DNA of 64,000 nucleotides from a virus (Duplodnaviria; Caudoviricetes): IMG/VR virus record IMGVR_UViG_2706794555_000001, positions 34,702 to 98,701 of that record; one strand, 5' to 3'. Shown piece by piece: positions 37,923 to 48,113 of this stretch (position 1 is its first letter; each line of letters starts with the position of its first letter). The notes under the pieces were generated by a model. It saw only the letters and a program-made list of their open reading frames with translations, ran no database searches and was not told where the DNA came from. The position numbers and the translations under genes were made by a program.

Positions 37923-39524
37923 ATGGCTCTCGGGAAACACCCCCTTCGCGTTGTCGGCGTACTTCGATTGAGTAACGAGACGGACGAGTCGACGTCCATC
38001 GAGCGACAGCGCGCCCTCGTCAAGAACTGGGCCCAGGCCACCGGGAACGTGATGGTCGGCTGGTCGGAGGACGTGGACGTGTCCGGCGGCATCCGACCAT
38101 TCGCCCGCCCCGAGCTCGGCCCGTGGCTGGCCACCCCGGAGCGGTTCGACGCCCTAGTCGTATGGAAGCTCGACCGCCTCACCCGACGCGCCGCCCACTT
38201 CGTCGAGCTGCGGGACTGGGCCGAAGAGCACGGCATCGCCATCGTCAGCGTGACCGAGGGCTTCGACCTCAGCACCGCCATGGGCAAGATGTTCGCCACG
38301 ATCATCGCCGCGTTCGCCGAGGGCGAGCTGGAGACCATCCGGGAGCGCACCCGCGGCTCCCATGCCAGGCTCCGTCAGATCGGCCGCTACGCGGGCGCTC
38401 CGTGGCCCATGGGCTACCGCGCAGTGGATCTGCCCACCGGGGGCAAGACGCTCGTCCCAGAGCCCGAATACGCCGAGATCCTGCGCGGCATCATCCGCGA
38501 CGTCACCGAGGGCGTCTCCACCGCCGAGATCGCCCGGCGCCTCAACGCCGCGGGAGTGCTCACCTGGGGCGACAAGCGCGCGGAGCTGCGTGGTGCGGAG
38601 CCTGCGGAGACGCGTCAGCGGTGGACTGCGGACGTCGTGCAGCAGATCGTGCGGAACCCGGTCTGCGCCGGCTACCGGACCGAGAAGACCAAGGCGGAGG
38701 ACGGCCGCTTCCTCCGGGCAGCGAAGATCGTCTATGACGAGGACGGCAACCCCGTGATGGCCACCACCACGCCGGTGGTGACGCCGTCGGAGTGGATGAA
38801 GGCCAGGACGGCGATGATGGCCCGCGGCACCACGGTGGAGCGTGCGGCCCGAGCTGAGTCGATGCTGCAGGGCGTCGCCAAGTGCGGCAGCTGCGGTACC
38901 AACTTGTACCAGCATCGGCAGACCAAGAAGCTCAAGAGCGGGACCCGCGAGTACTGCTACTACCGCTGCCAGGGCGAACGAAAGGGGCACGACTGCGCCA
39001 GCCCCGCCAACATCGACGTCGACTCGGCCGAGCGCGAGGTCGGCGCCGCCCTGCTGTTCATCCTCGGGCAGAGCGAGATCACCCGGCTCGACCATGATCC
39101 CGGCGAGGACTACAGCGCCGAGATCATGGAGGCGCGTCGGCGGCTCGACGAGTTGGAGGATGACTACCTGGTGGGCAAGTACGACTCCCCCGAGGGCAAG
39201 CGCCGGTACGAGCGGCTGCACGCCCGCGCCTGCGACCAGGTCGACCGGCTGCTCGCCCTGCCGGTACGCCGGGCTTCGACCCGGACCGTGGGCAGCGGGG
39301 AGACGTACGGGCAGCGCTGGGAGCGGTGCGACCGACTGGAGCGGCGCGCGTTCTTGCTGGAGCAGGAGTTCGCCGTCACGGTCCACGCTCCGGGCACGCT
39401 GGAGCATCCGGTGACCGGGGAACTCAACACGGCCCCCGCGGTCGTCCTGGAGGTCCCTGAGAGGCTTCGTGGGACCCCTGGGGCTCCCGTGTTCACCGTG
39501 CCGCCGGGCACTCGACTGGGATAG
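37923..39524 (+). CDS. int: Large serine recombinase (integrase)
   Basis: LRLS catalytic Ser, S.ERQ, DVSG, RPEL, VWKLDRL.R; recombinase domain; Zn ribbon CGSCG...YYRC; coiled coil. TAGAAT 7 nt before ATG suggests a leaderless mRNA. Confidence 0.95.
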   Translation: MALGKHPLRVVGVLRLSNETDESTSIERQRALVKNWAQATGNVMVGWSEDVDVSGGIRPFARPELGPWLATPERFDALVVWKLDRLTRRAAHFVELRDWAEEHGIAIVSVTEGFDLSTAMGKMFATIIAAFAEGELETIRERTRGSHARLRQIGRYAGAPWPMGYRAVDLPTGGKTLVPEPEYAEILRGIIRDVTEGVSTAEIARRLNAAGVLTWGDKRAELRGAEPAETRQRWTADVVQQIVRNPVCAGYRTEKTKAEDGRFLRAAKIVYDEDGNPVMATTTPVVTPSEWMKARTAMMARGTTVERAARAESMLQGVAKCGSCGTNLYQHRQTKKLKSGTREYCYYRCQGERKGHDCASPANIDVDSAEREVGAALLFILGQSEITRLDHDPGEDYSAEIMEARRRLDELEDDYLVGKYDSPEGKRRYERLHARACDQVDRLLALPVRRASTRTVGSGETYGQRWERCDRLERRAFLLEQEFAVTVHAPGTLEHPVTGELNTAPAVVLEVPERLRGTPGAPVFTVPPGTRLG

Positions 39525-39540
39525 ACACCGAGAACGCGCG

Positions 39541-39570
39541 CGGCCTGGCAGCACGATTCCTGCCAGGCCG
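39541..39570. terminator. Hairpin between convergent genes
   Basis: CGGCCTGGCAG-N8-CTGCCAGGCCG. Confidence 0.6.
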
Positions 39571-39580
39571 CTCATTCTGC

Positions 39581-40477
39581 CTACGCCCCGGCCTGGTCCA
39601 GCCTTTCGCCGATCTCGGCGACGATCTGGTCGAACGCCTCGTCCTCGTCAGCGCCGGCGGCAACGCGCGCCGCGAGCTCCTCGTCAGCGGTGCGCTCGTA
39701 GAGGATCTCTGCAGCGACGTACACCTCGGAGGGCCTGATGCCGGTCCGGTGCGGGAAGTCGGACAGGCCAAAGCTGCGCCAGGCGCGGAGTGCCCCCGCT
39801 GCCACCGCAGCCGGATCGTCGGCGTGCAGAGCCGTCGCCAGGCGGGCGAACTCCTTGATCAGCACCTCATCACTATTCATCTGCTCGCCCAGCCACAGAA
39901 GCAACTTCGTGCCGGGCTCCGCACCCATACGCCCCTGGACTGCAGCGCCGAGCCAGCCAGCTTCGCGGGCGCGCTGGACCCACCCGCGGACCGTTCCCTT
40001 TGGTCGGCCGAGCCGCTCCTCCAAGCGCTGCAGCACTGCCCGGTCCTTCCCGGGCGCGCTCTCTTCCAGGTACACGAGAGCAACGTGACGAAGGAGCTCA
40101 TCGGTCACGAGCACGCGCCCCGGCGGGATCACGTAGTCATCGGCCGGCCGCGCCGGTCGAATCCCGGTAGTCAGGGCCACGATGTTCGGGTCGTTGACCA
40201 TGCTCGAGGTGTTCGCGAAGCGCAGCACATCCCCCAGCGGGACGCGCCGGAGCAGCCCATGAGTGATACCCGCACGGCTCGGCGCGGTGATCTCCACCCG
40301 AGTGACCACAAGGCCCTGCTCGCCGCGTGAGACATCCCCGGTTGCGCGGAGGTCGCCGCTCCCCCAGGCGAAATGGCAGGCAACTCCCCGTGCAGCCGCA
40401 TCCGGCTCCGGGCTGCTGATCTGCACGCTCCCGCTCTGGGCCGCGCCGGAGTCGGGCGAGTGCTGGTTGGGGCTCAT
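39581..40477 (-). CDS. Putative regulator with HTH, divergent from the Cro-like gene
   Basis: LEERLGRPKGTVRGWVQRAREAGWLG HTH; IT..LLRRVPLG motif. Confidence 0.65.
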   Translation of the reverse strand: MSPNQHSPDSGAAQSGSVQISSPEPDAAARGVACHFAWGSGDLRATGDVSRGEQGLVVTRVEITAPSRAGITHGLLRRVPLGDVLRFANTSSMVNDPNIVALTTGIRPARPADDYVIPPGRVLVTDELLRHVALVYLEESAPGKDRAVLQRLEERLGRPKGTVRGWVQRAREAGWLGAAVQGRMGAEPGTKLLLWLGEQMNSDEVLIKEFARLATALHADDPAAVAAGALRAWRSFGLSDFPHRTGIRPSEVYVAAEILYERTADEELAARVAAGADEDEAFDQIVAEIGERLDQAGA

Positions 40478-40592
40478 GGCCGGAGCATCCCACAAGTCGA
40501 CATGTCGGATCGAGATGCCATCGCCGCATTGGCTAGAACTAGGCAGGTTCGTCTGTCTTGCTAAAGTCGGAAACATAGACGATGATGACTAC

Positions 40593-40844
40593 GTGAAACC
40601 TACGCAGCAGATTGCGGAGCTAGTCCACGAGCGCGTGGCCATGCACGCCGACCTGCCAACTCCTGCTCAGCGGCGAGCTTTGCGGGAGGCGGCTGGTCTG
40701 TCTCAGGCCGAGGTCGCTCGCATCGTCGGAGTGACCACGGCTGCGGTCGGCCACTGGGAAACGGGTGTTCGTCAGACGCCCCGCAACCCCACGGTCTTCG
40801 AGCGATACGTGCAGGTACTTCGAGCACTCCGGGAGGCGATCTGA
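40593..40844 (+). CDS. XRE/Cro-like HTH protein
   Basis: RALREAAGLSQAEVARIVGVT..AVGHWETG.R.P. Confidence 0.85.
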   Translation: MKPTQQIAELVHERVAMHADLPTPAQRRALREAAGLSQAEVARIVGVTTAAVGHWETGVRQTPRNPTVFERYVQVLRALREAI

Positions 40845-41143
40845 TGGCCGATCAGACCGATTCGCCCCGTTGGTTCGTCGTCATGCCGCTACTCGACAGC
40901 GAAGACGGAACCGAGCCGCTGTTCCAGCGCGCAGGCACCTGGCTTCTCGACAGCACGACCGGCTCGATGTACAGCGCCAGCGGCTGGCCCCAGCAGGTCA
41001 CCAGCACCTTGGCCCACACAGCGGCCTAACCCAGAAAACGGCGAAGGCCCCGGGGTCTTCACACCACCGAGGCCATGTTCGCCAACCAAATCGCGTCCGC
41101 AGCTAGCAGGCGAGGGCGCACGAATTGGAAGGAGCTACTGGCA

Positions 41144-43185
41144 ATGATGCCAGCCCAACAGCTCGAAGGCACCACCACCGTCGGCACACCGCCGTCGATC
41201 TTCAGCGGTGACGACGCGACCACCCACCCCCGCACCGCCTACGCCCGCTACAGCACCCCGGTGGCGGACCTCCCCAAGCCGTTCAGCGCGGGCCTCATCC
41301 GCTTCACGAAGCCCAGGAAGGGCAGCGTGCTCTCCTGCGCCTGGGTCGCCGCCTACCCGGGTGCCGAGCCGGTCCTGATGGTCGGATACGACGGCACCCG
41401 CATCGGCCGGGACCTGGTGGAAGCGATCATCCACGACCGGTACGGCATCCCCGACGAGGTCATCGAGGTGTCGATGTGATCGCCACCGTGGACGAGTCGA
41501 CCGCCGTGAACAACGACCCCATCGAGGGCGCCAAGACCGAGATCGTCGTCACCGACGGGTCCGACGGCATCACCCTCGTCGGACAGATCCAGTCCTGGCT
41601 GGCGGAGCCGGGCTTCCCCGCCCTGACGGAGATCCTCCTGTCCGTCCAGACCGGGCAGGGCCTCGCCGCGCTCACGCCGGCTGCGGTCCGCGCCCTGGCG
41701 CCGGGCCTGCACCGGTTCGCCGACGACCTGGTCGTCCTCGCCGACCAGGTCGACGCCCTCGGAGGTGCGTGATGCCCAAGGGCAACAACACCTTCACCCA
41801 CCCCACCGCCGCGCCCGCCTGGGCCGCGGAGACCTTCACCGGCAACTCCGGCGATCGGCGGCAGTACGGATGGACGTCGCACCACGGCGACTCCGCCAAG
41901 CTCGACGCACCCGGCCCCGAGGGCGGGCTCGTTGTCGAGGCCCAGCTGTTCCAGCTCGTCGAGGACGGCGAGGCCGTCCAGACGTACCTGCGCTTCATGG
42001 GGGCCGAGGACAGCAGCATCGAGACCGACCTGACGGCGGGTGAGGCCGACGAGCTGATCGCCGCCGCCGAGCAGTGGCTCACCAAGATCCGCGGCTTCCG
42101 GGCCCAGATGGGCAGGGGCCAGTGAACGCCGACGAGATCCACATGCACCTGGACTTCCTCCTGGCCGTCCAGCCTCTCGGGGTCGGGGACGAGATCGCCG
42201 AGGCCTCGTACAAGTTGGTGCTCCGGATGATGCAGGACAACCCGGCGCCGTGGGCCGACGACGACCCCTTCGCCGCCGAGCGCTGGCTCGCCGCGCACGG
42301 GGCCTCCCCGGAGATCGCGGCGAAGAACGCCGCCGAGTTCGAGGTCTCCGCCCGTGCCTTGACCGCCATCAAGTTGGGCTACCCGCCGATCACGTTCAAC
42401 GAGGTCGCCGAGGTCTTCAACGAGGTCATCCGTGACGGCTGATCCTCCGCGCCGGGACGGCCAGTAGCTCCGCTGCTGGCAAGGCCGGCGGTCCGGGCGC
42501 GGGGACGCCCAGCAAGGACCACACAGCACCGCAGCACCCGGGACCGGGGCAAACCCTCCAGCTCCACCGCCCCGTCCCGGGCCCCATACCAAGCACCTCC
42601 AGATGGAGAACCGCAAGTGACCATGGACCAAGGCGGCTGCCGCGAGGGTGGTTGCCGCCGCCGCACCCCCGCAGAGAAGCTCGCCCAGCTGTGCGACGCC
42701 GACCTGCGCACCACCGACCCGGAGCTCAGGCTCCTGTCCGGTGCCGTCACGGCCGGCGAGCTGCCGCCCGACCCGTACGCCAGCCGACGGGCTTTCGAAG
42801 ACCTGCTGCACAGGGTGCGCGGCTACCTCCGCACCCAGCCTTCCGCCCGCTCCGTCCACGCCGCCGGACAGCGCCTCCAGCGCGCTATCGGCGGCGTGAC
42901 CGCCGACGTGGCGAAGGAGGTGAGCGAGTGATGGAGATGAGCGACACCATCTTCGAGGCCTTCATGGAGCAGTTCGAGGAGCACGTCCGCGCCGACGAGC
43001 GGCGCCGCGTGGAGGCCGAGGACAACGCTCGGTGGGAGCCGATCCGCCAGCAGCTGATCCGGTCCCGCAAGCAGCCGCCCTGGGCAGAGCTGAACGCCAC
43101 CTGGCAGGCGGCCCGCCAGCAGCGGTACGACGAAGCCGACGCGGCCCGCGCGGCGCGTGAGCACGACCTGCGGGAGTCCGCGTGA
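41144..43185 (+). CDS. Run of translationally coupled small hypothetical genes (41144-41479, 41476-41772, 41772-42125, 42122-42442, 42617-42931, 42928-43185)
   Basis: GTGA/TGATG overlaps and RBSs; no recognisable domains. Confidence 0.6.
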
Positions 43186-44774
43186 CCGTCGACCGGAACG
43201 ACGACGGTCAGCCGGACGTCATGCCCGACTACCGAGACGGGGTGGAGAAGGCGCCCTTCTGGGACGAAGACCCGAACGACCTCGGTGACTATCCCGACTA
43301 CCTGCGCGAGGCGGACGAGGCCGAAGCCCGCGACACGCGGTACCAAGGAGAACCGCCGGACGAGGTGGACCCGGCGGAGGGCGTGGCTCGGGAGGAGCAG
43401 ATCCTCCCGAGCCCGACCAATCCGATGGCCGTCGCACGTGAGCTCCTGCCTGCGTGGCTGCACGGGCGAGCTCTGAAGCTCCGCCGGTGGCACGGAGATT
43501 GGGTGCTCTGGGTAGGACCGCACTGGATTGCGGTCGACGGCGATGCGATGCGGGCTGACCTGTACCCGCGGCTGGAGCACGCGACCTATCAGTACGTCGA
43601 CAGGAAGGGCGAGCAAAAGACTGCTCCCTGGGCGCCGACATCCGGCAAGGTCGGCAACCTCATGGAGGCTCTGGCGTCCATCGTCCACCTTCCTTCCGAT
43701 GTTGAGACCCCCGGATGGTTGGCCGCTCCGGAGTCGACTGCCAGCCGGGCGCCCGTGATCGCCTGCCGCAACGGGTTGCTGGACATCTCGACGCGACAGC
43801 TGCAGCCGCTGACGCCTCTGTACTTCAACCGGGTCTCCGTCCCGTTCGACTACGTCGCCGACGCGCCCGTGCCCGTTCGCTGGATCGGATTCCTGTCCTC
43901 CCTGTGGCCCGGGGATCCCGAGGCGGTCTTGGCCGTGCAGGAGTGGTTCGGCTACATCCTCTCGGGGCGCACCGACCTGCAGAAGATGATGCTGATCATC
44001 GGGCCGCCGCGCTCCGGGAAGGGCACTATCGCCCGAACCCTGACCGCGCTGGTCGGCAAGGCGAACATGGCTGGCCCGACCCTGGCTGGCCTGTCGACGA
44101 ACTTCGGCCTGTCGCCACTGCTGGACAAGACGCTGGCCATCGTCTCCGACGCCCGCCTCCCCCGGATCGGCACCGAGGTCGTGGTCGAGCGCCTCCTGTC
44201 CATCTCGGGCGAGGACACCCTCGACGTGGACCGCAAGTACCGCGACCCGTGGACCGGCCGCATCCCGGTCCGGTTCCTGCTGCTGTCCAACGAGCTGCCC
44301 GCCTTCGCGGACGCATCCGGCGCTATCGCCAGCCGGCTGATCGTGCTGACGATGGTGAACTCGTTCCTCGGCAAGGAGGACCGAGCCCTGGAGGGCGACC
44401 TCAACCGGGAGCTGCCGGGCATCTTGAACTGGTCGCTCGACGGCCTGCAGAGCCTCATCGAGCGCGGCCGGTTCAGCGAGCCGAAGTCCTCGGCCGACGC
44501 GGTCGCCATGCTCGCCGCCTCGGTCTCGCCGATCAAGGCGTTCCTCGGAGAGCTGTGCACCGTCGGTCCCGAGCACCGCGTACCGACCGACCTTCTGTAC
44601 GAGGCCTGGGCTGACTGGTGCAAGGACTCGGGCCGCGATCACAAGGGCACCAAGGAGACCTTCGGCCGCAACCTGCTGGCCGCAGTTCCCGGGTTGCGAC
44701 AGACCCGGCCGCTCGTGAACAAGGTCAAGGTCCGGATGTACCAGGGCGTCACGCTCGGGCAGGTCGGGTCATGA
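43182..44774 (+). CDS. SF3 (D5 / P4-alpha C-terminal type) replicative helicase
   Basis: D5_N-like ACRNGLLD; Walker A GPPRSGKGT; Walker B-like LAIVSD; ISGED...DRKY; motif C LLSNELP; C-terminal wHTH. Confidence 0.9.
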   Translation: MTVDRNDDGQPDVMPDYRDGVEKAPFWDEDPNDLGDYPDYLREADEAEARDTRYQGEPPDEVDPAEGVAREEQILPSPTNPMAVARELLPAWLHGRALKLRRWHGDWVLWVGPHWIAVDGDAMRADLYPRLEHATYQYVDRKGEQKTAPWAPTSGKVGNLMEALASIVHLPSDVETPGWLAAPESTASRAPVIACRNGLLDISTRQLQPLTPLYFNRVSVPFDYVADAPVPVRWIGFLSSLWPGDPEAVLAVQEWFGYILSGRTDLQKMMLIIGPPRSGKGTIARTLTALVGKANMAGPTLAGLSTNFGLSPLLDKTLAIVSDARLPRIGTEVVVERLLSISGEDTLDVDRKYRDPWTGRIPVRFLLLSNELPAFADASGAIASRLIVLTMVNSFLGKEDRALEGDLNRELPGILNWSLDGLQSLIERGRFSEPKSSADAVAMLAASVSPIKAFLGELCTVGPEHRVPTDLLYEAWADWCKDSGRDHKGTKETFGRNLLAAVPGLRQTRPLVNKVKVRMYQGVTLGQVGS

Positions 44775-44782
44775 ACGATCTT

Positions 44783-45046
44783 GGACCGGGTTCGGACCGG
44801 GTTCGGACCGGGTTCCAGGCCGCACCCGGGCCGGTAAAGCCGCAGATCAGAGCGTGCGTGGACCGGGTGGACCGGGTGGACCGGGTTCTACAGAGAACTT
44901 CTCGTGTGCGGGCGCATGCGCAGGAACGACAGCTCCAAACAATGCAGCGGAACCCGGTCCACCCGGTCCACGCCACTCAAAACGGCCTCCCACCTGCACC
45001 TTTCCTGGACCGGGTTCCTTCGGTCCGACCCGGTCCAACCCGGTCC
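44783..45046. repeat. Iteron array (GGACCGGGT x11, both orientations); probable replication origin
   Basis: Direct copies at 44783, 44794, 44805, 44860, 44869, 44878 and 45007; inverted copies at 44952, 44961, 45028 and 45038. Confidence 0.8.
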
Positions 45047-45303
45047 ATCTCCGATCAAGAGAAGCCGCCCATGAACCACGACCCAGAACGGGACCCTGCA
45101 GCCGACCTCGCCGTGATCCTCCGCGCCTCGGCCGAGCGCCGCATCGCCGAGCAGGTCGCCGCGGCAGCCCGGCGCCGGGAAGCCCAGCAGCAGACCCGCG
45201 CCGAGTTCACGGCAAGCCGTACAGCCGGAGTCCGCAGGCGCAATTCCGCCCGGGAAGCACGACTCCGCATGATCGCCAACCACCAGCAGGCCGAGGAGGC
45301 ACC

Positions 45304-46026
45304 ATGACCCGGCCCGAAGACCACACCCCGCCCTCGATCATCTGGGGACGCTGCCCCGGCGGAGGCCGATGGTTCTGGACCGCCCGCATCGTCGGCGGTG
45401 AAGACCGGCACGGCTGGGCCTCCAACCGCAACGACGCCGCCAGGAAAGCCAACCGCGCGGCCGTCCTGCTCGCCGTCGGCCAGTACGCCAGCATCCGCAT
45501 CAACGACGACGACGCCGAACTGAAGCTCGCGGCCGTCATCGCCGAGAAGCACGCCCAGGCCAAGGCCGAGGACAAGAAGCGCACAGCCGCCGGCGAGACC
45601 CCGGTCAACCTCTACGCCGTCGAACGCGGCTACTACGACCACGGCGCCTGCCACTGGGTCCACTCCAGGATCGTGCGACTCCCGGTCACCAAGACCACGC
45701 CCCGGCGGATCTACTTCCTGCGCAGCAGCGAGCCCGGCGAGTACGAACGCGGCTACATCGACCGGCAGGACTTCGAGGCCCGCGGCTGGGTCTACTCCAG
45801 CCGCTACAACAAGATCTACGCCAAGCCGCCGGAGCTCCCGAACGACAAGCCGTTCATCCCGCCGCCGTTCCGCTCCGAGTACCCGTACGCACCGGTCTCC
45901 GAGCTGGAGTTGAAGCGGCTCAAGATCGCCATGCGCGACGCCCACCCCGACAAGGGCGGCAGCAGCGAGGCGTTCATCAAAGCGCGAGCCGAGTACGAGC
46001 ACGCCCGCGACCGAGTCAGCCGATGA
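45304..46026 (+). CDS. Protein with C-terminal minimal J-domain
   Basis: LKRLKIAMRDAHPDKGGSSEAFIKARAEYE (HPD motif); GGAGG RBS. Confidence 0.75.
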   Translation: MTRPEDHTPPSIIWGRCPGGGRWFWTARIVGGEDRHGWASNRNDAARKANRAAVLLAVGQYASIRINDDDAELKLAAVIAEKHAQAKAEDKKRTAAGETPVNLYAVERGYYDHGACHWVHSRIVRLPVTKTTPRRIYFLRSSEPGEYERGYIDRQDFEARGWVYSSRYNKIYAKPPELPNDKPFIPPPFRSEYPYAPVSELELKRLKIAMRDAHPDKGGSSEAFIKARAEYEHARDRVSR

Positions 46027-46405
46027 CCCCGCTCACTTCGGGTCGACGCGGCTCCGCACCCACCGAACACCGAAACCCACCACAACCCCGACCCCGACCA
46101 ACTCCAACAGATGCATCCACGTCATGCGGCGGAACCTACCCCAACGCCCCAACCGGCACCGCACCGACCAAGGAGACCAAGTTGACCAGCCGCCTCACCA
46201 GGGTCAGTCGGAGCAGCAAGCCGGCCATCGTGAAGCTCATGTGCCCGTCCTGCCGATCCGTCCGCCGATGCAGCCCGGTCGGGATCGCCACCATCGGCCG
46301 GCGCCGCCGAGAAGTCCTGGAGTGCTCCGAGAGCACCTGCGGGCTCCAGTGGATCCCCGTCCGCGACCACATCGTCAACCCCACCTGAACAGCACGGAGA
46401 CCAAC

Positions 46406-46603
46406 ATGCTCAGCGCTCCCGTCCCGCCCACCGTCGTCGGCGCCGTCCTCGTAACCAGCGGCGCCGAACAGGTCATCGTCACCCGCTGCCCCGGCTGCGG
46501 CGCCGCCCACCGACACCTCGCCCTCGGCCTCCGCACCCCCGTCTGCGGCCGGCCCTACATCGTCGAACTCCACCAGGTTGCGGCACCCCGAGCCGTCGCC
46601 TAA
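46406..46603 (+). CDS. Small zinc-binding protein
   Basis: GGAG RBS; CPGCG..HRH...CG.PY. Confidence 0.55.
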   Translation: MLSAPVPPTVVGAVLVTSGAEQVIVTRCPGCGAAHRHLALGLRTPVCGRPYIVELHQVAAPRAVA

Positions 46604-46888
46604 GAGGCCCATCCCACACGCGCGCTGGACAGCACCCGACCGGTCACGAACGGCCCTATCGGCCGTCCCACAAGGCCTGCCGCAACCGCCGCACCAACCA
46701 CAGCCCGCCGTCCGGTTCGCGAAACAACAGCCCGCCGTCCAACTCACCACCCCCTTGACCCCAGCACCCCCGAAGGACCGCACATGACCCACCCAGCCAC
46801 GACAGCCGCTAGCGGAACACCACCGGACATGATCAGCGCAGCGCACGTTGCGGGCCCGTCCCACGCGCGCGGGAAGGTGGTGGAGGCG

Positions 46889-47362
46889 ATGCCGCTGACG
46901 GATCAGCAGCGTTTGACGATCTGCGAGCGCGCTGACGCGGGCATGTCGGTGCGCCAGATCGCGGCCGAGTTGTCCGTCGCGCCGAGCACGGTGACGCGGG
47001 CCGCCAAGAGCCTCGGTGTGGTCTTCGACCGGTCGGCGACCGAGCGGGCGACGGCGGCCCGGGTCGCGGACGGCCGTGCCCGGCGTGCCGAGCTCGCCGA
47101 GCGGCTCATCGAGCTGGCCAACGGCGAGCTGGACCAGTTGTCACGCCCGTGCCGGGTGCACGCGTTCGTGGGCGGACAGGCACCGACGTTCCTGGAGCAC
47201 GTGCTGCCGCAGCCGGACGCCACGACGCGGCTGGCGATCGCCCGGACCGCAGCGGTGTTCCTGGACCGGCACGTGCGACTCCTCGACGCGGACCGCACGG
47301 CCGCCGACAGCTGCTCGGATGTCGACGCATGGCTGTCGGCGCTGACGGGAGGCGCCCTGTGA
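46889..47362 (+). CDS. Terminase small subunit homologue 1 (satellite-encoded)
   Basis: HTH plus FDRSATERAT..R..D..ARR and C-terminal VDAWL, colinear with the prophage TerS at 1413-1886. Confidence 0.75.
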   Translation: MPLTDQQRLTICERADAGMSVRQIAAELSVAPSTVTRAAKSLGVVFDRSATERATAARVADGRARRAELAERLIELANGELDQLSRPCRVHAFVGGQAPTFLEHVLPQPDATTRLAIARTAAVFLDRHVRLLDADRTAADSCSDVDAWLSALTGGAL

Positions 47363-47613
47363 GCGTGGACCGGGCCACCCGCGACGCCCTGGCCGTGATG
47401 GCAGCGCAGCTGCGTGGTGACGAGCAGGGCGTGGCCGCGCTGATCGGGGACTGTGACCTTCCGGCGGTGGCGGTGGTCCTGGCGGACTACGCCGCCGAGG
47501 CCGTGCGCTTGGCGGGCGGCCGGGAGGTCGGTGACGGGGATCTCGCCGAGCTCCTCGGGGTGCACCTGAGGCGCCTCGCGGGCGGCAGCACCCGGGGTGG
47601 TGGGTCGTGCTGA
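47359..47613 (+). CDS. Small helical protein, partner gene copy 1
   Basis: GTGA overlap; A.LRGD..G...L.GDC.LP motif shared with 48103-48342. Confidence 0.6.
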   Translation: MSVDRATRDALAVMAAQLRGDEQGVAALIGDCDLPAVAVVLADYAAEAVRLAGGREVGDGDLAELLGVHLRRLAGGSTRGGGSC

Positions 47614-48113
47614 GCGATGAGCAGCGGCTGCGCCTGTGCGAGCTCGCGGAGGGCGGCATGTCAGTGCGGCAGATCGCCGAGCATCTGGGTGTGGCGCCGT
47701 CGACGGTGACCCGGAACGCGAAGGGCCTCGGAGTCCTGTTCGACCGGTCGGCCACGGAGGCGGCTACCGCGGCGAGGATCGCGGACGGGCAGGCCCGGCG
47801 TACCCAGTTGGCGTCGAGGCTGCTGGACTTGGCGAACAGCGAGCTGGACCGGCTCTCGCGCCCGTACCGGATGTCGTCGTTCGTGGGCGGCCAGGCGCCG
47901 GCCTATCTGGAGCATGTGGTGCCGCAGCCGGATGCCGTGTCGCGTCTTGCGATCATCCGTGGCGCGGCGACGCTGCTGGATCGTCACGTCCGGCTGGCCG
48001 GGATGGCGGGCAGTGAGGGCCTGGAGTCGGCGAAGAGCCTGCTCGGTTCCCTGGCGCAGAGCCTGGGCGAATACCAGACCGACCGGGATGCGGAGGCCGA
48101 CGGTGCGAGTTGA
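47607..48113 (+). CDS. Terminase small subunit homologue 2 (satellite-encoded)
   Basis: Clear paralogue of 46889-47362 with a different C-terminal tail (ESAKSLLGSLAQSL). Confidence 0.75.
   Translation: MLSDEQRLRLCELAEGGMSVRQIAEHLGVAPSTVTRNAKGLGVLFDRSATEAATAARIADGQARRTQLASRLLDLANSELDRLSRPYRMSSFVGGQAPAYLEHVVPQPDAVSRLAIIRGAATLLDRHVRLAGMAGSEGLESAKSLLGSLAQSLGEYQTDRDAEADGAS

Noticed and set aside
44783-45046. CRISPR array
   Set aside because: Repeats are 9 bp, in both orientations, without unique spacers; no cas genes in the window.
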